Origin: a virus
Taxonomy: Duplodnaviria; Caudoviricetes
Virus record (IMG/VR): IMGVR_UViG_2799112742_000018
Location: 32,001 to 96,000 of that record
DNA: 64,000 nucleotides
Direction: 5' to 3' (one strand)
The notes under the pieces are model-generated. The model worked only from the letters and a program-made list of their open reading frames with translations. It did no database searches and was not told the origin of the DNA. Positions 19,102-29,363 of this stretch are shown in pieces. The stretch's first letter is position 1; each line of letters begins with the position of its first letter. Position numbers and translations under genes: made by a program.

Positions 19102-19546
19102 GACGAGATTTGATTATTTCCTGAAGAGCCTCATCTGGTAGTTGAAGCGATGCCATTTGCATAACAAAGCCTTCACTAAACGCTATACCATTGGTAAGGC
19201 AAGTGATTACCATGTTGTTGAAATAGAAGCATGTTTCAGGGTTTACATACTGAATGAATATCAATGCCAACGAAACATCTATCAGTAGATGCTTGTCTGT
19301 ATTTACATAGAATAGTTCAGAGCTTTTCTTTTCTGTATTCTTGCAAATAGCATCAATATATCTATAACACTGAGTGTAGAACGCTGAGTATGGTGGTAGT
19401 TCTGCATCGACAGCTTCACAATATACCGTAGCATCGAAGACTATCTTTTCAGGATTGATATTCCCGACAAAAATATCTGGGATGTCAGGAAATATATTCT
19501 CCTGACATTCCACTATTTTTGTAAGTTGATTAAGCTTAGGCTTCAT
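19082..19546 (-). CDS. hypothetical protein, possibly KilA-N-like
   Basis: FDATVY and LLIDVSLALIFIQYVNP loosely resemble KilA-N. Confidence 0.55.
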   Translation of the reverse strand: MKPKLNQLTKIVECQENIFPDIPDIFVGNINPEKIVFDATVYCEAVDAELPPYSAFYTQCYRYIDAICKNTEKKSSELFYVNTDKHLLIDVSLALIFIQYVNPETCFYFNNMVITCLTNGIAFSEGFVMQMASLQLPDEALQEIIKSRHEQKEE

Positions 19547-20072
19547 ATCGTTCTACTATTGATGTATAAGACTCAGGGAACAGATAGATATTTTCTGCTG
19601 GATCAAGCTTAGAATCTACAATGACAAAATCAGTCATAGAACGTCTAAGATAGTTTCTTAGGGTAACAATGGCTGAATTGATAGACTCTTCAGCAACAAC
19701 AAATGCCTGAGAGGTGTACTTTTCCTTGCCAGTCTTCTCATCAATGTGTACGAACTTAACTTTGATAACAAAGAAACCATCGTTGTCCTTACTGAAATAG
19801 CACTCTACTCTTCCTTCCAGATCGTTCCCATACGTATCTTCGCATGTAACCTTGTTATCTATGAAATCCTTGACCTTGTACTTTGTCTTGATGATTTCAT
19901 ACTCAGGTAATCCAAACTGGCCCCATCCATTCTGTTCTACGATAGCATAGACAAGTTTTTCTGCATCTGTGTAGGTTTCACACTCAGCAAAGGCCTCAGT
20001 CTTGGCCTTCTTTACCTCGCCATTATCATTCTGATATTTGTAGGCGAACTTCAATCTAAAAATTGTACTCAT
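19536..20072 (-). CDS. DUF4494-like protein
   Basis: AECETYTDAEK and KVKFVHIDEKTGKEK motifs. Confidence 0.75.
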   Translation of the reverse strand: MSTIFRLKFAYKYQNDNGEVKKAKTEAFAECETYTDAEKLVYAIVEQNGWGQFGLPEYEIIKTKYKVKDFIDNKVTCEDTYGNDLEGRVECYFSKDNDGFFVIKVKFVHIDEKTGKEKYTSQAFVVAEESINSAIVTLRNYLRRSMTDFVIVDSKLDPAENIYLFPESYTSIVERYEA

Positions 20073-20296
20073 ATTAAATAATTTGTTTTGCTGTTTTAAG
20101 GATAATAGGGTTTATGCACATCATCTTGACTGTTAAAGAAAAGTTAAAATCTATAATTGTCTTATATACAGGTGTTTATATTTGAAGAAAAATTTCATGT
20201 AATAGGTGAAATATCTTTTAAGATTGGAATTATATAAGTTGGTGCTGGATGGATGTAAAAAGAAATAAGACCTATTATTAAGAAAATTACATAGTA

Positions 20297-21565
20297 ATGA
20301 AAAAGAGAAATTCAGTAGAATCGGGAGGTCAGTACTTTACAAGCAATGACCTTGTATCATACTACAACGAGACCAAGAAGACCATTCAGGACTACGTTGA
20401 TGAAATAAGAAGGCATTGTGGATACAAGACAGTCGTATCTCAAACTGCCGATGGAACTATCCTTGATGATCGAGGAAGACTGATGGATCTTTATGATTCA
20501 TGTCTCATGCAGGATGCACATCTCAGGTCTTGTATGGAAACATTGTATTCATACATTACTGGTGAAAGATATGCTCTCGGCACTATTGACGAAAGGGGTG
20601 AATTTGTCATTGATGTTGAAGAAACAAAGAAAGTACAGACACTTGATTTTGAGAAATTCATAATCGGTATTCAGGATGCTACGGCATACGGATATACATT
20701 GTTCGATATTTCCTCAAAAAGAAACCCCGCTACTGGACTTCCAGATTATATAGGTACGGTTGAGCGCCGTAATGTTCTTCCAAGTCAGAGACGAGTAGTC
20801 AAGACACAGGGACAATGGATGCCTGGTTGGGATCTTGATAGTGAGAGATATAAACACAACTATATCCTTATTGATACTTGTGGACTCGGTATGTTTGCCA
20901 CCAGTACACCTCTTGTATTGGCTAAGAAATATACCGTTTCAAACTGGGTAAATTTCAGCCATACATACGGACAGCCTATCATTCATGGCAAGACAACCGC
21001 AACCGATAATGAGAGTAGAAAGAGATTGGCGCAGAGTATTGTAAATGCAGCCCAGAATAAGGTTGTTGTTACTGGTACTGATGATGCTATTGACATCAAG
21101 ACATTTACAATGTCAAACTCTGAGAAAATATTCCAGAGCCTTATTGAGAATTATGCTAATGCCGAGATTTCAAACCTTATTCTTGGCTCTGAGTCTATGG
21201 CTGGCGCTACCCAGTCTTATGTGGGATCAACTAAGGCGCATGAGGATATTCTTAGGAGTAGAGTACGTAGGTATCGCCGTTTTATTGAGCAGACTATCAA
21301 TGAAAGAATACTTCCAGAATTGGTTTACTGGGGTTTCATCAAGCCTGGCCTTGTATTCAAGTATTCTAAGCAGCTTGATATGTCTGTTGAGGCAAAAACC
21401 GAGGTATTCAAAATGCTTACCGCAGCTTATGATGTGCCAAAGGAAACTATCAGAAATGAGTTTGGCGTTGAGGTAGGAGAGCAGATGAACCATAAGCAGC
21501 AGTTGGTAAGTAAAACCACTGGTAACGCAAATGCAAGGGTAAATTTTCTGAGGGGAAAGCAATAG
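20297..21565 (+). CDS. portal protein, DUF935/Mu gp29-like
   Basis: LMDLYD...DAHLRS, WVNFSHTYGQP and ANAEISNLILG; first gene of the head module. Confidence 0.85.
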   Translation: MKKRNSVESGGQYFTSNDLVSYYNETKKTIQDYVDEIRRHCGYKTVVSQTADGTILDDRGRLMDLYDSCLMQDAHLRSCMETLYSYITGERYALGTIDERGEFVIDVEETKKVQTLDFEKFIIGIQDATAYGYTLFDISSKRNPATGLPDYIGTVERRNVLPSQRRVVKTQGQWMPGWDLDSERYKHNYILIDTCGLGMFATSTPLVLAKKYTVSNWVNFSHTYGQPIIHGKTTATDNESRKRLAQSIVNAAQNKVVVTGTDDAIDIKTFTMSNSEKIFQSLIENYANAEISNLILGSESMAGATQSYVGSTKAHEDILRSRVRRYRRFIEQTINERILPELVYWGFIKPGLVFKYSKQLDMSVEAKTEVFKMLTAAYDVPKETIRNEFGVEVGEQMNHKQQLVSKTTGNANARVNFLRGKQ

Positions 21566-21597
21566 GCGGTACTGTTTTCCCAGACATAAAAGCCGCA

Positions 21598-22449
21598 TTG
21601 TCCGAAGATGAGGATGAGGAGAATAAGAAGAAAATGCTTGATCTTTTTATTGCCCTTATCAGATCTATGGGCAATGCAGATTCCCGCGAGGAAGCCCTGT
21701 ATCAATTAGCTGAATTGCGTACTGAGATTGCTGTGAATAGAGCTTTTGATGGATTTAATATTGAACCTGAAGATGCTCTTAGCTTGATACGTGAAATGGA
21801 TGTTACCAAGCTTTCAGAAGAAGATATTGAAAAGCGTAATGTTCTTATTGCGGCTATCAGTAATCTTATTGAATTTGCAACTTGTGAGGAATATCATCTT
21901 TATAAAGATGTAGAAGAGCAAGGCAAGGATTATACCGATGAGGACTGGATAGATGAAAATCTTGACGATCCTCTTTCGCCATTCCTCAATATTAACCATA
22001 AGTACAACGAGGTATATGCCGATGTGGAGGATTCTGATATAGAATACTCTATGGCTATGGCTTGGCTATGGGTAGTTGAGTGGGATAAGCATACTACTCT
22101 TACCTATATGACACAGAATGATGATCGTGTACGTCCCTGGCACTATGCGCTTCAGGGGTTTACGGCAAGGAGAGACGAGTTCCCAGAATGGATGATACCA
22201 CCTATTGAATGGGCTTGTCGTTGCTATCTTGTTGCTGAAACTGGAGTAAGTGCGAAGCTTGATCTTAATGTGATGGCAAAACAAAAGACACCTAAGAAAC
22301 CAAAGGAACTTGATGGTATTTTTAAGGAGTCTGTTTGTAAGTGTGGGCGTATTTTCTCTGATGAGCATCCTTATTTTCAGATTGATGATAAGGATGAAGA
22401 TATGCTGAAGGGGTTTGTTGAACGTTTAAGGCAGAAGTATTATGGCTAA
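21598..22449 (+). CDS. MuF/SPP1 gp7-like minor head protein
   Basis: YMTQNDDRVRPWH...PPIEWACRC; start ambiguous, and the frame is open back to 21526. Confidence 0.85.
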   Translation: MSEDEDEENKKKMLDLFIALIRSMGNADSREEALYQLAELRTEIAVNRAFDGFNIEPEDALSLIREMDVTKLSEEDIEKRNVLIAAISNLIEFATCEEYHLYKDVEEQGKDYTDEDWIDENLDDPLSPFLNINHKYNEVYADVEDSDIEYSMAMAWLWVVEWDKHTTLTYMTQNDDRVRPWHYALQGFTARRDEFPEWMIPPIEWACRCYLVAETGVSAKLDLNVMAKQKTPKKPKELDGIFKESVCKCGRIFSDEHPYFQIDDKDEDMLKGFVERLRQKYYG

Positions 22450-23257
22450 GAAAATATTAGGATTTAGAAGTTCTGGCCCTAATAAAAGCCCATATCTCGG
22501 ATTCTTTTCTCAGAGTAAAAACGCTATTATTAGGAGTGCTTCTTATGGGATTCATCATCCTGTTGGTAATCTGAAAATTTCAAATCAGCTTAAAGATTTT
22601 AATAGGGGTAAGCTGAGAGATGTGGGTTATATTCCTGAAAAAGGCCCAGGTAAGGGGCTTACTCAAATTAAGGGTGATCAGTTTGCGCAACATCTTAATA
22701 TACTTTCTAATCAATTTGATATTGCTACTTGGATGTTTATTCAAGCTTTAGGTTCCCACATGCTTCAATGGTTTCAAAGTAGCTTTAAGAATAAGGGGCT
22801 TACTACTGATAGATGGAAAGCGTTGTCTGATACAACAAGAAGAAAAAGAGTAAAACTCGGATTTAGTGCAATTGATACACTTGTTAGGACTGGAAGGTTA
22901 AGAGATTCATTGGAAATGTATCCGCTTCCAGGAGGAAAAAGTGTAAAAATATTAACCAAACCAAATGCGTTTAGAGGTGCATATCCTGAATTTATAGGAT
23001 CTCATAGACGTAAAACAATATATAATGGTAATGTTGGTAGATCTGGATTCTCAGTAAATGGTAGGCAATTATGGGGGCGTTTAGGAAGAATATATGCTGG
23101 ATGTCACCTTAATAAGGATAATGAGCGAATGTATCGACCATTTATGACCGAGGATATTAGAGGTAATGAAAAAAAGAAGATAATAATCCTTATGGATGAT
23201 ATTCTCTTCTATGGTGTGTTTAACAGGGTAATGGGATTCTCAATATATAAAGGTTAG
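22442..23257 (+). CDS. virion morphogenesis protein, Mu gpG-like
   Basis: WKALSDTT...TLVRTGRLRDSL and C-terminal RPFM. Confidence 0.7.
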   Translation: MAKKILGFRSSGPNKSPYLGFFSQSKNAIIRSASYGIHHPVGNLKISNQLKDFNRGKLRDVGYIPEKGPGKGLTQIKGDQFAQHLNILSNQFDIATWMFIQALGSHMLQWFQSSFKNKGLTTDRWKALSDTTRRKRVKLGFSAIDTLVRTGRLRDSLEMYPLPGGKSVKILTKPNAFRGAYPEFIGSHRRKTIYNGNVGRSGFSVNGRQLWGRLGRIYAGCHLNKDNERMYRPFMTEDIRGNEKKKIIILMDDILFYGVFNRVMGFSIYKG

Positions 23258-23259
23258 AT

Positions 23260-24015
23260 ATGATAGTTGATAAGAAAAGCAAAAATGTGATTAGTAACAA
23301 TCAGGCTAATTCACAGCACATAGAGCCATTGGGAACTGGTGACAATCTGCCACCAGAAATGCCTTATAATGGTATAATTGAGGTATTTAAGGCTATCAAG
23401 ACTATCTTGAAAGAGACAAGATGGTATTATAATGATCCTAATAGTGATTTTATATTTAAGACCGTCCAACACAATACTGGTCAGTATGAATATGAAATTA
23501 CTGGCCACATGAACACTATGGCCGAAATAGCGTACCCAGCCGCATTTATCAGCTTTATTAATATGAGGTGGATAAATGGTCAGAATACGGTTAATGAGGG
23601 TTCTGCCGAGTTACGTATCCAGTATGTTATGAACACATTGAATAATCATGATGACGATAAGGATACTGAACTTTATTATGTAGGACAGCGTATTATTCAG
23701 ACAATACAGGAAAGAAGAGGAGAGTTCCCATGTCTTCAGAAAGAATGTAAGTTGACATTCATGGATACCGCCACTTATATGCACAATGGACTTCAGGCTT
23801 GCTGGCTTACTTATTCTATCAAGTTTACCGAGGTTAGTGTGTGGGCTGAACGCAATAGGATTAGTAGGTTTATCATCACACCACCATTTACTAACCATTC
23901 AGACCAGAAAGATCCTGAATTGCAGAATCCGATGCACCATAGCGATGCTCATCATCCACGTGCCTATGATGAAGCTACGCATTTTGATAATTTGGAGGAT
24001 AAATTCAAATCATAA
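23260..24015 (+). CDS. putative tail terminator or neck protein
   Basis: YPAAFISF motif and position in the module. Confidence 0.55.
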   Translation: MIVDKKSKNVISNNQANSQHIEPLGTGDNLPPEMPYNGIIEVFKAIKTILKETRWYYNDPNSDFIFKTVQHNTGQYEYEITGHMNTMAEIAYPAAFISFINMRWINGQNTVNEGSAELRIQYVMNTLNNHDDDKDTELYYVGQRIIQTIQERRGEFPCLQKECKLTFMDTATYMHNGLQACWLTYSIKFTEVSVWAERNRISRFIITPPFTNHSDQKDPELQNPMHHSDAHHPRAYDEATHFDNLEDKFKS

Positions 24016-24050
24016 GTAATTGTGTTACTATTAATTATAAACAAATCAAT

Positions 24051-25313
24051 ATGAAACAAGAAGATTTGAAATTCGTAAAAGGAAGCGTTGAGCGTGGTAA
24101 GCCAGCTACAATATGCTTCTTCTCTGAGGTAGAGAAATGGAATGTCCAGGACTTTATCTGGGAGTTCAATTGGATTAAGGATCGCCAGCCTTCTGAGATT
24201 AAGGTTCTCATTAATTCTGTTGGCGGTAACTGCGTTGATGGTATCAGTGCTTTCTCTACTATCATCAATTGTGAAATTCCTGTTACCTGTGTCATCGAGG
24301 GTATTGCGGCTTCTATGGCTTCTATTATCTGGGCTGCTGGTAACAAGTGTCTCATGCGTGATTATGCTCTTCTTATGATCCATAATCCCTGGTCTGAGAA
24401 ATCAGATGATCCAGAAACACAGCGCACAATCGAGAATTTCACAACCCAGTTGAAGACTATTTATACCAAGCGATTCAAGATGGATGAGGAAAAAATTACA
24501 GCCATTATGAATGGTGAGGATAATTATGATGGAACATTCTTTACTGCTCAACAGGCAGTGGAGGCTGGCTTCATTACTGCTGACCAAATCATTGAGACTG
24601 GGAGTGTTAGCGCATCTATTGCAGCTAAGCTTGAAGGTGTCAGCAATTCTTCCGCTATCGTTTCTATCATGCAGGGTGCGATTGATCAAAATCTAAAAAG
24701 TATTGAGAGTCGCACTATTATGAAGAAAGAAGATAATTTGTTAAACAATAAAACAAACAACATGAATCAGGAATTTCTTACAGTAGCCGCACTTCTCGGT
24801 TTGACAGGTGAAAAGGCTAATGAGAGCGCAGTATCTGCAAAGATCCAGGATCTTGTTAAGGCTTCTAAGGAGCTTGAGACTCTGAAGGCTGAGAAGAAGG
24901 CTCTGGATGAAAAGGTATCTGCCCTCAACACTGAGCTTGCTGGTAGCAAGGCTTCAGTAGAGAATCTTACTAAGAATCTTAACGATGCTCAGGCAGCTCT
25001 TGACAAGTACAAGCAGGCTGAAGAGGCAGCACGTACAGCTTCTATCAACGCTATGATTGATGATGCTATCGCTGCTGGTAAGATCGGCAAGGATGCAAAG
25101 GACACATGGGTAGCAATGGCTGAGGAAAACTTTGACCTCGCAAAGCAGACTCTTGACTCTATCCCAGTACGTGAGGACATCTCTGCTCAGATTGCACAGG
25201 ATCCAACTAACAAACAGAAGACTGCCGAGCAGATGGCCGATGAAGAGGCTAAGGTAAAGGCACAGGTTGACGAGGTTGTTGGTAAGGATTTTGCGTTCCG
25301 TTCTCTCAAGTAA
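24051..25313 (+). CDS. ClpP-like prohead protease with C-terminal scaffold region
   Basis: INSVGG, GIAASMAS, LMIHNP and FTAQQAVEAGF; coiled-coil C-terminal half. Confidence 0.9.
   Translation: MKQEDLKFVKGSVERGKPATICFFSEVEKWNVQDFIWEFNWIKDRQPSEIKVLINSVGGNCVDGISAFSTIINCEIPVTCVIEGIAASMASIIWAAGNKCLMRDYALLMIHNPWSEKSDDPETQRTIENFTTQLKTIYTKRFKMDEEKITAIMNGEDNYDGTFFTAQQAVEAGFITADQIIETGSVSASIAAKLEGVSNSSAIVSIMQGAIDQNLKSIESRTIMKKEDNLLNNKTNNMNQEFLTVAALLGLTGEKANESAVSAKIQDLVKASKELETLKAEKKALDEKVSALNTELAGSKASVENLTKNLNDAQAALDKYKQAEEAARTASINAMIDDAIAAGKIGKDAKDTWVAMAEENFDLAKQTLDSIPVREDISAQIAQDPTNKQKTAEQMADEEAKVKAQVDEVVGKDFAFRSLK
24762..25313 (+). CDS. nested in-frame scaffolding protein
   Basis: Internal ATG after AAACAATAAAACAAACAAC, with a CTATTATG motif at 24715. 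Confidence 0.55.
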   Translation: MNQEFLTVAALLGLTGEKANESAVSAKIQDLVKASKELETLKAEKKALDEKVSALNTELAGSKASVENLTKNLNDAQAALDKYKQAEEAARTASINAMIDDAIAAGKIGKDAKDTWVAMAEENFDLAKQTLDSIPVREDISAQIAQDPTNKQKTAEQMADEEAKVKAQVDEVVGKDFAFRSLK

Positions 25314-25342
25314 TATTGAACAACTAAAAAATTATCAATAAT

Positions 25343-26443
25343 ATGGCAACAACATCATTTTCTTTCGGTGCAGGTCAGTCTAACTACACTGGTGAGGTAC
25401 TTAACGATCTGCTATCATACACAGCTCAGGAGAATGAGACCTACAAGAATGGTCTGATCCACGTTGAATCTGGCATTCAGAAGAAGCTTGCTCTTCCTCT
25501 TATTCAGCGCCAGCCATTCATTCAGTCTCGCACCCCTACACCACGCCAGGCTTCTCAGAACAATCTTTCTGCTGATAGCTACGGTGGCTTTACATTCACC
25601 GAGCGTTATCTTGAGCCACAGGACTTCATGATCTATCTTGAGTTCAATCCTCGTGACTTCGAGAGCTACTACAAGCAGTTCCAGCCAAAGGGCAACCTCG
25701 TATTCCGCGAGCTTGATCCACGTGTACAGGCAACTATGCTTCGCCTTCTCATGGAGGGTAAGGAGTCTTATATTAACAACGCTATTTGGCGTTCAGCTAA
25801 GGCTACTGATGCAGCTCATGTAAAGGACAATGCTTCTACTCCTGCTGCTCAGACAATCATCGGTGGTGACGATGCTGCTGGTCCAATGAGCTTCTTCGGT
25901 GGCGCTCTCTATCGCATTATCGCTAATGCTAATGCTACTGCTGGCTCTGAGGAGGCTAATGGTGGTAAGGTTACTGTCACTGGCAACGCAAGCTTCACAG
26001 GTAATGTGGCTACTGCTGGTGCAGCTATCGAGACTGAGATGTACAACATGTGGCAGCATCTTCCAAAGGAGCTTCGTTCTGATCCAAAGCTTGAGTTCCT
26101 TATGGACTACAACACATGGGACATCTACGATCAGTATCTTTCATCTAAGGATGTTAAGTACACTGACAACCGCGAGGAGAACCAGCGCCGCTTCAGAGGT
26201 CGCCGCGTAATCCCAATGGTTGCTCTCCCAGACAATACTATCATCCTCGGTAGGTTCACAACAGGACGCGACTCTAACCTCTGGATGGGTGTTGACTATG
26301 CTGATGCAGAGAACACAATCCAGGTTGATCGTCTTCAGAACAACTCTGAGCTTTACTTCTTCAAGGCTCTTCTCAAGATGGATGTTAATATCGTCCGTCC
26401 AAAGGAGATTGTTGCTCACCTTCCATTCACATGGTCTGCGTAA
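25343..26443 (+). CDS. major capsid protein
   Basis: 366 aa, directly after the protease, strongly biased codons, followed by a terminator. Confidence 0.85.
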   Translation: MATTSFSFGAGQSNYTGEVLNDLLSYTAQENETYKNGLIHVESGIQKKLALPLIQRQPFIQSRTPTPRQASQNNLSADSYGGFTFTERYLEPQDFMIYLEFNPRDFESYYKQFQPKGNLVFRELDPRVQATMLRLLMEGKESYINNAIWRSAKATDAAHVKDNASTPAAQTIIGGDDAAGPMSFFGGALYRIIANANATAGSEEANGGKVTVTGNASFTGNVATAGAAIETEMYNMWQHLPKELRSDPKLEFLMDYNTWDIYDQYLSSKDVKYTDNREENQRRFRGRRVIPMVALPDNTIILGRFTTGRDSNLWMGVDYADAENTIQVDRLQNNSELYFFKALLKMDVNIVRPKEIVAHLPFTWSA

Positions 26444-26467
26444 CTTTTTCTGCATAATAAAAATTGA

Positions 26468-26499
26468 GGGGTGGCGGTTCTATTCCACCACCCCTTTTT
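26468..26499 (+). terminator. intrinsic terminator
   Basis: GGGGTGG/CCACCCC stem plus T5. Confidence 0.7.
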
Positions 26500-26514
26500 C
26501 AAAACTAATACACT

Positions 26515-26901
26515 ATGGCAAGACGTATCACAAAAGAAGAAACCGAAGAGGTTGTAAAGACACAGGGAGTACAGGAAACACAGGAAACCGAGTCAAGTAC
26601 TGAAACACAGCAGGAACAGGAAACTGAGCAGAAGACCGAGACACAGGAAACTGAGCAGGAGCCTGAGACACAGGAGCCAAATCCTGATGTTGAAAAACAG
26701 GAGGAACAGGAGGATAAGCCTAAGACTGAAACCAAGAAGGGTGATAAGATCCCTGAGAATGTGGAGGCTCTTATGAAGCTTTATCCTCACATGAAGGAGA
26801 TGATCATCAACTCAAAGGGTTTCCTCTTCACACCTGGAACACCTCAGTCAATGCACAATGACGGTATTCTTTACAAGAACAAGTTTTTCAATAACAATTA
26901 A
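26515..26901 (+). CDS. acidic low-complexity protein with QETEQ repeats
   Basis: E/Q/T-rich repeats and a globular-looking C-terminus. Confidence 0.75.
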   Translation: MARRITKEETEEVVKTQGVQETQETESSTETQQEQETEQKTETQETEQEPETQEPNPDVEKQEEQEDKPKTETKKGDKIPENVEALMKLYPHMKEMIINSKGFLFTPGTPQSMHNDGILYKNKFFNNN

Positions 26902-26913
26902 AAATAAAATCAA

Positions 26914-28278
26914 ATGGCAACAACAAGACTTGGTGGTGTCTTCATGAATGACACCGATGGTAATATTGCAAAAGGCGCTGCTGTCAGCACTGAGAATGTG
27001 TGTGGTCTGATTTTTGATACTAAGGGATTTTCCAATCCTCTCGGTTCAGGAACTGCTGCTACCACATTTGCTAATGGCAATGTTGTGGAGCTGAATACCT
27101 CAAAGGATATTGCGGCTGCTGGTATTGATGAGAACGTAATGTGTGGTCTTCCTTACTACCACCTCAAGATGTTCTTTGAGCTTGCTGGCGAGAATCAGCG
27201 TATCTTCGTTTCCTTCATGGACTCTCAGGCAGATGCTAACTTCGATGCAATTCAGGTTATGCAGGCTGCTGCTGATGGTGTTATCTATCAGATTGGCGTA
27301 TGGACTGCTGAGCCAGTAGCAACAAAGAATGGTGAGAACTTCACATTCACCACTCTCTACACAAAGCTTCAGACTGCTGCCGAGGCTCTTGGTGGTAAGA
27401 TCGGTGTTCCTAACCTTGATGGTAACTCTCCAATCAACATCATCCTCAATGCACCAGTAGTTACAGACCTCGTGGTTGACTACACAAAGCTTCCTGAGAT
27501 CAGTTCTCTCAACTTGCCAAAGGTAACTCATATCCTTGGCCAGGAGGCTAACGAGACTGAGGTTCGTCCTATCCAGCTTGCCCTCATCAATGCTCTTGGT
27601 GACACTAAGGCTGTTCAGGTAGGTAACGTAGGTGCAGCTCTCGCTGTCCTCGCAGTAGCACCAGCAGACGTAAGCATCGCTTATGTTCGTGACTACAACC
27701 TCTCTGGCGCTATGCAGTCATGTGAGCTTGGTTTCGGTAGTATCATTCTTGATGGTGAGACAGCAGGCGAAAAGACATTCGCAGCAGCTTGCTCTTTCAA
27801 TAACATGAAGAGCATCACCTATCAGAAGCGTAACGAGAAGCTTCACCAGAAGGGGTATGTATTCCTCACACCAGTTGAGGGTATCCAGAATGGCGTATTC
27901 TTCAGCTCTGACATGACAATGAGTGAAGGTGATTATCGTAGCATCTCTCGCTGTCGCGTAATGCACAAGAGCCGCCGCGTTGTACGTCAGGCTCTTCTCA
28001 ACAAGATCAATGCTCCTGTAATGCTTGATGCTTCTACAGGTCAGATGAGTTCTGCTGACATCACAGAGTATCAGAACACTGTTCTTTCAGCTCTTGATCT
28101 CAACATGGTACAGCCAGGTACAGGTAACTCACAGATCAGTGGCCGTAGCTGCGCAATTGATCCTGAGCAGAACATCATCGCTAATGATGAGCTTCTGATT
28201 GAGTACTCTCTCGTACCAATCGGTTGTACAAGCGTTATCACTGTGACTGAGGGCTTCGTAGGTGCTGTTTCTGAGTAA
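26914..28278 (+). CDS. tail sheath protein, DUF2586-like
   Basis: YYHLKMFF, QIGVWT, KGYVFL and GDYRSISRCRVMHKSRR; directly before the tube gene. Confidence 0.85.
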   Translation: MATTRLGGVFMNDTDGNIAKGAAVSTENVCGLIFDTKGFSNPLGSGTAATTFANGNVVELNTSKDIAAAGIDENVMCGLPYYHLKMFFELAGENQRIFVSFMDSQADANFDAIQVMQAAADGVIYQIGVWTAEPVATKNGENFTFTTLYTKLQTAAEALGGKIGVPNLDGNSPINIILNAPVVTDLVVDYTKLPEISSLNLPKVTHILGQEANETEVRPIQLALINALGDTKAVQVGNVGAALAVLAVAPADVSIAYVRDYNLSGAMQSCELGFGSIILDGETAGEKTFAAACSFNNMKSITYQKRNEKLHQKGYVFLTPVEGIQNGVFFSSDMTMSEGDYRSISRCRVMHKSRRVVRQALLNKINAPVMLDASTGQMSSADITEYQNTVLSALDLNMVQPGTGNSQISGRSCAIDPEQNIIANDELLIEYSLVPIGCTSVITVTEGFVGAVSE

Positions 28279-28300
28279 TAACAATTAAAAGAATAAAGAC

Positions 28301-28816
28301 ATGGCAACAGTAATCAATAATGTAGTCGCAAGCTGGTCAATGATCCAGCTCAAGATGAGCAACGCCTCAAACTCTTCATTCCCAATCTCAGATCAGGGCG
28401 GTGAGAACGGTATCCTCGTTGATGCAACAAGTATCAAGTGGAATTGCTCTCGTAAGATTGAGGACATCTATGGTCTTGGTGGTCAGAGTCGCGGACGTGG
28501 TTTCGGTAATGTTACCTACACTGCCTCTATCACTCTTCCTTACCAGACACAGGCAGAACTTCAGGCTAAGGGTGGTGGTACTCTTATGGGACTCGGTGAA
28601 TTTGACATCATCGTTTCTTGGCAGAATGACCTCGCACAGAACATCTCTATGGACACAGTTACCCTCAAGGGCTGTATCTTCTCAGAGTCTGCTATGGAGG
28701 CTAACCAGGATGATACAAGCATTACCCACGAGTATGACCTTCATCCATATCGTATCTATACTTCTACGGCAGCATCTAACAATGTTAGCTGGAGTATGGA
28801 AATGTACAACAAGTAA
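28301..28816 (+). CDS. tail tube protein
   Basis: SWSMI, IYGLG...RGFGNVTYTASITL and VTLKGCIF. Confidence 0.85.
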   Translation: MATVINNVVASWSMIQLKMSNASNSSFPISDQGGENGILVDATSIKWNCSRKIEDIYGLGGQSRGRGFGNVTYTASITLPYQTQAELQAKGGGTLMGLGEFDIIVSWQNDLAQNISMDTVTLKGCIFSESAMEANQDDTSITHEYDLHPYRIYTSTAASNNVSWSMEMYNK

Positions 28817-28850
28817 GCAACGCCGTTTTGCTATACTGAACATAATTTTC

Positions 28851-28880
28851 AGGGAGGAATCGCAAGGTTCCTCTCTTTTT
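28851..28880 (+). terminator. intrinsic terminator
   Basis: AGGGAGGAATC-GCAA-GGTTCCTCTCT plus T-run. Confidence 0.7.
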
Positions 28881-28967
28881 GTCTATAATCGTTACTAATT
28901 GTATATGTTGCTGAAACTATTATCTATAAAGTAAACCATTTAGTTTTTATTTTTAATTTGTTTAATT

Positions 28968-29363
28968 ATGGCAAAACAGAAAGAAGAAGAGACACCAGTA
29001 GTAGAGACTATTGATGTAAACAACCTCTCAGAGGAACAGCTAAATGCTATCAAGGCAAAGATTGCCGAGATCAGGGAGAAGCAGCATATCAAGCGTGTAT
29101 TCGCTATCGTAGTTGAGGGCGATGAGTTTGACGAAAAGCCTATGTTTATTGGCTACTTCCGCAACCCAAGCATCATGCACTTCAGTAACTATATGGCATT
29201 CGTAACAAAGGATGCTGTACAGGCAGCTCTCAATCTCGCTAAGGCAACCTTCATTGAAGGTGATCGTGAGCTGGTTGATGATGATGACATCTTCCTTCGC
29301 GGCACATTTGATCGTTTCAGTGCGATCATGGAGCGTAGAAACTCTGAAATGGTAAAAGCATAG
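28968..29363 (+). CDS. tail assembly chaperone (gpG-like)
   Basis: Position after the tube gene; GYFRNP and IEGDRELVDDD. Confidence 0.75.
   Translation: MAKQKEEETPVVETIDVNNLSEEQLNAIKAKIAEIREKQHIKRVFAIVVEGDEFDEKPMFIGYFRNPSIMHFSNYMAFVTKDAVQAALNLAKATFIEGDRELVDDDDIFLRGTFDRFSAIMERRNSEMVKA

Noticed and set aside
26570-26710. CAGGAAAC tandem-like repeats
   Set aside because: Coding low-complexity QETEQ linker, not an independent DNA element
21563-29363. TAG reassignment or readthrough at the portal and chaperone stops
   Set aside because: The portal frame stops again within eight codons, the downstream coding is in the -1 frame, and long genes are intact under code 11
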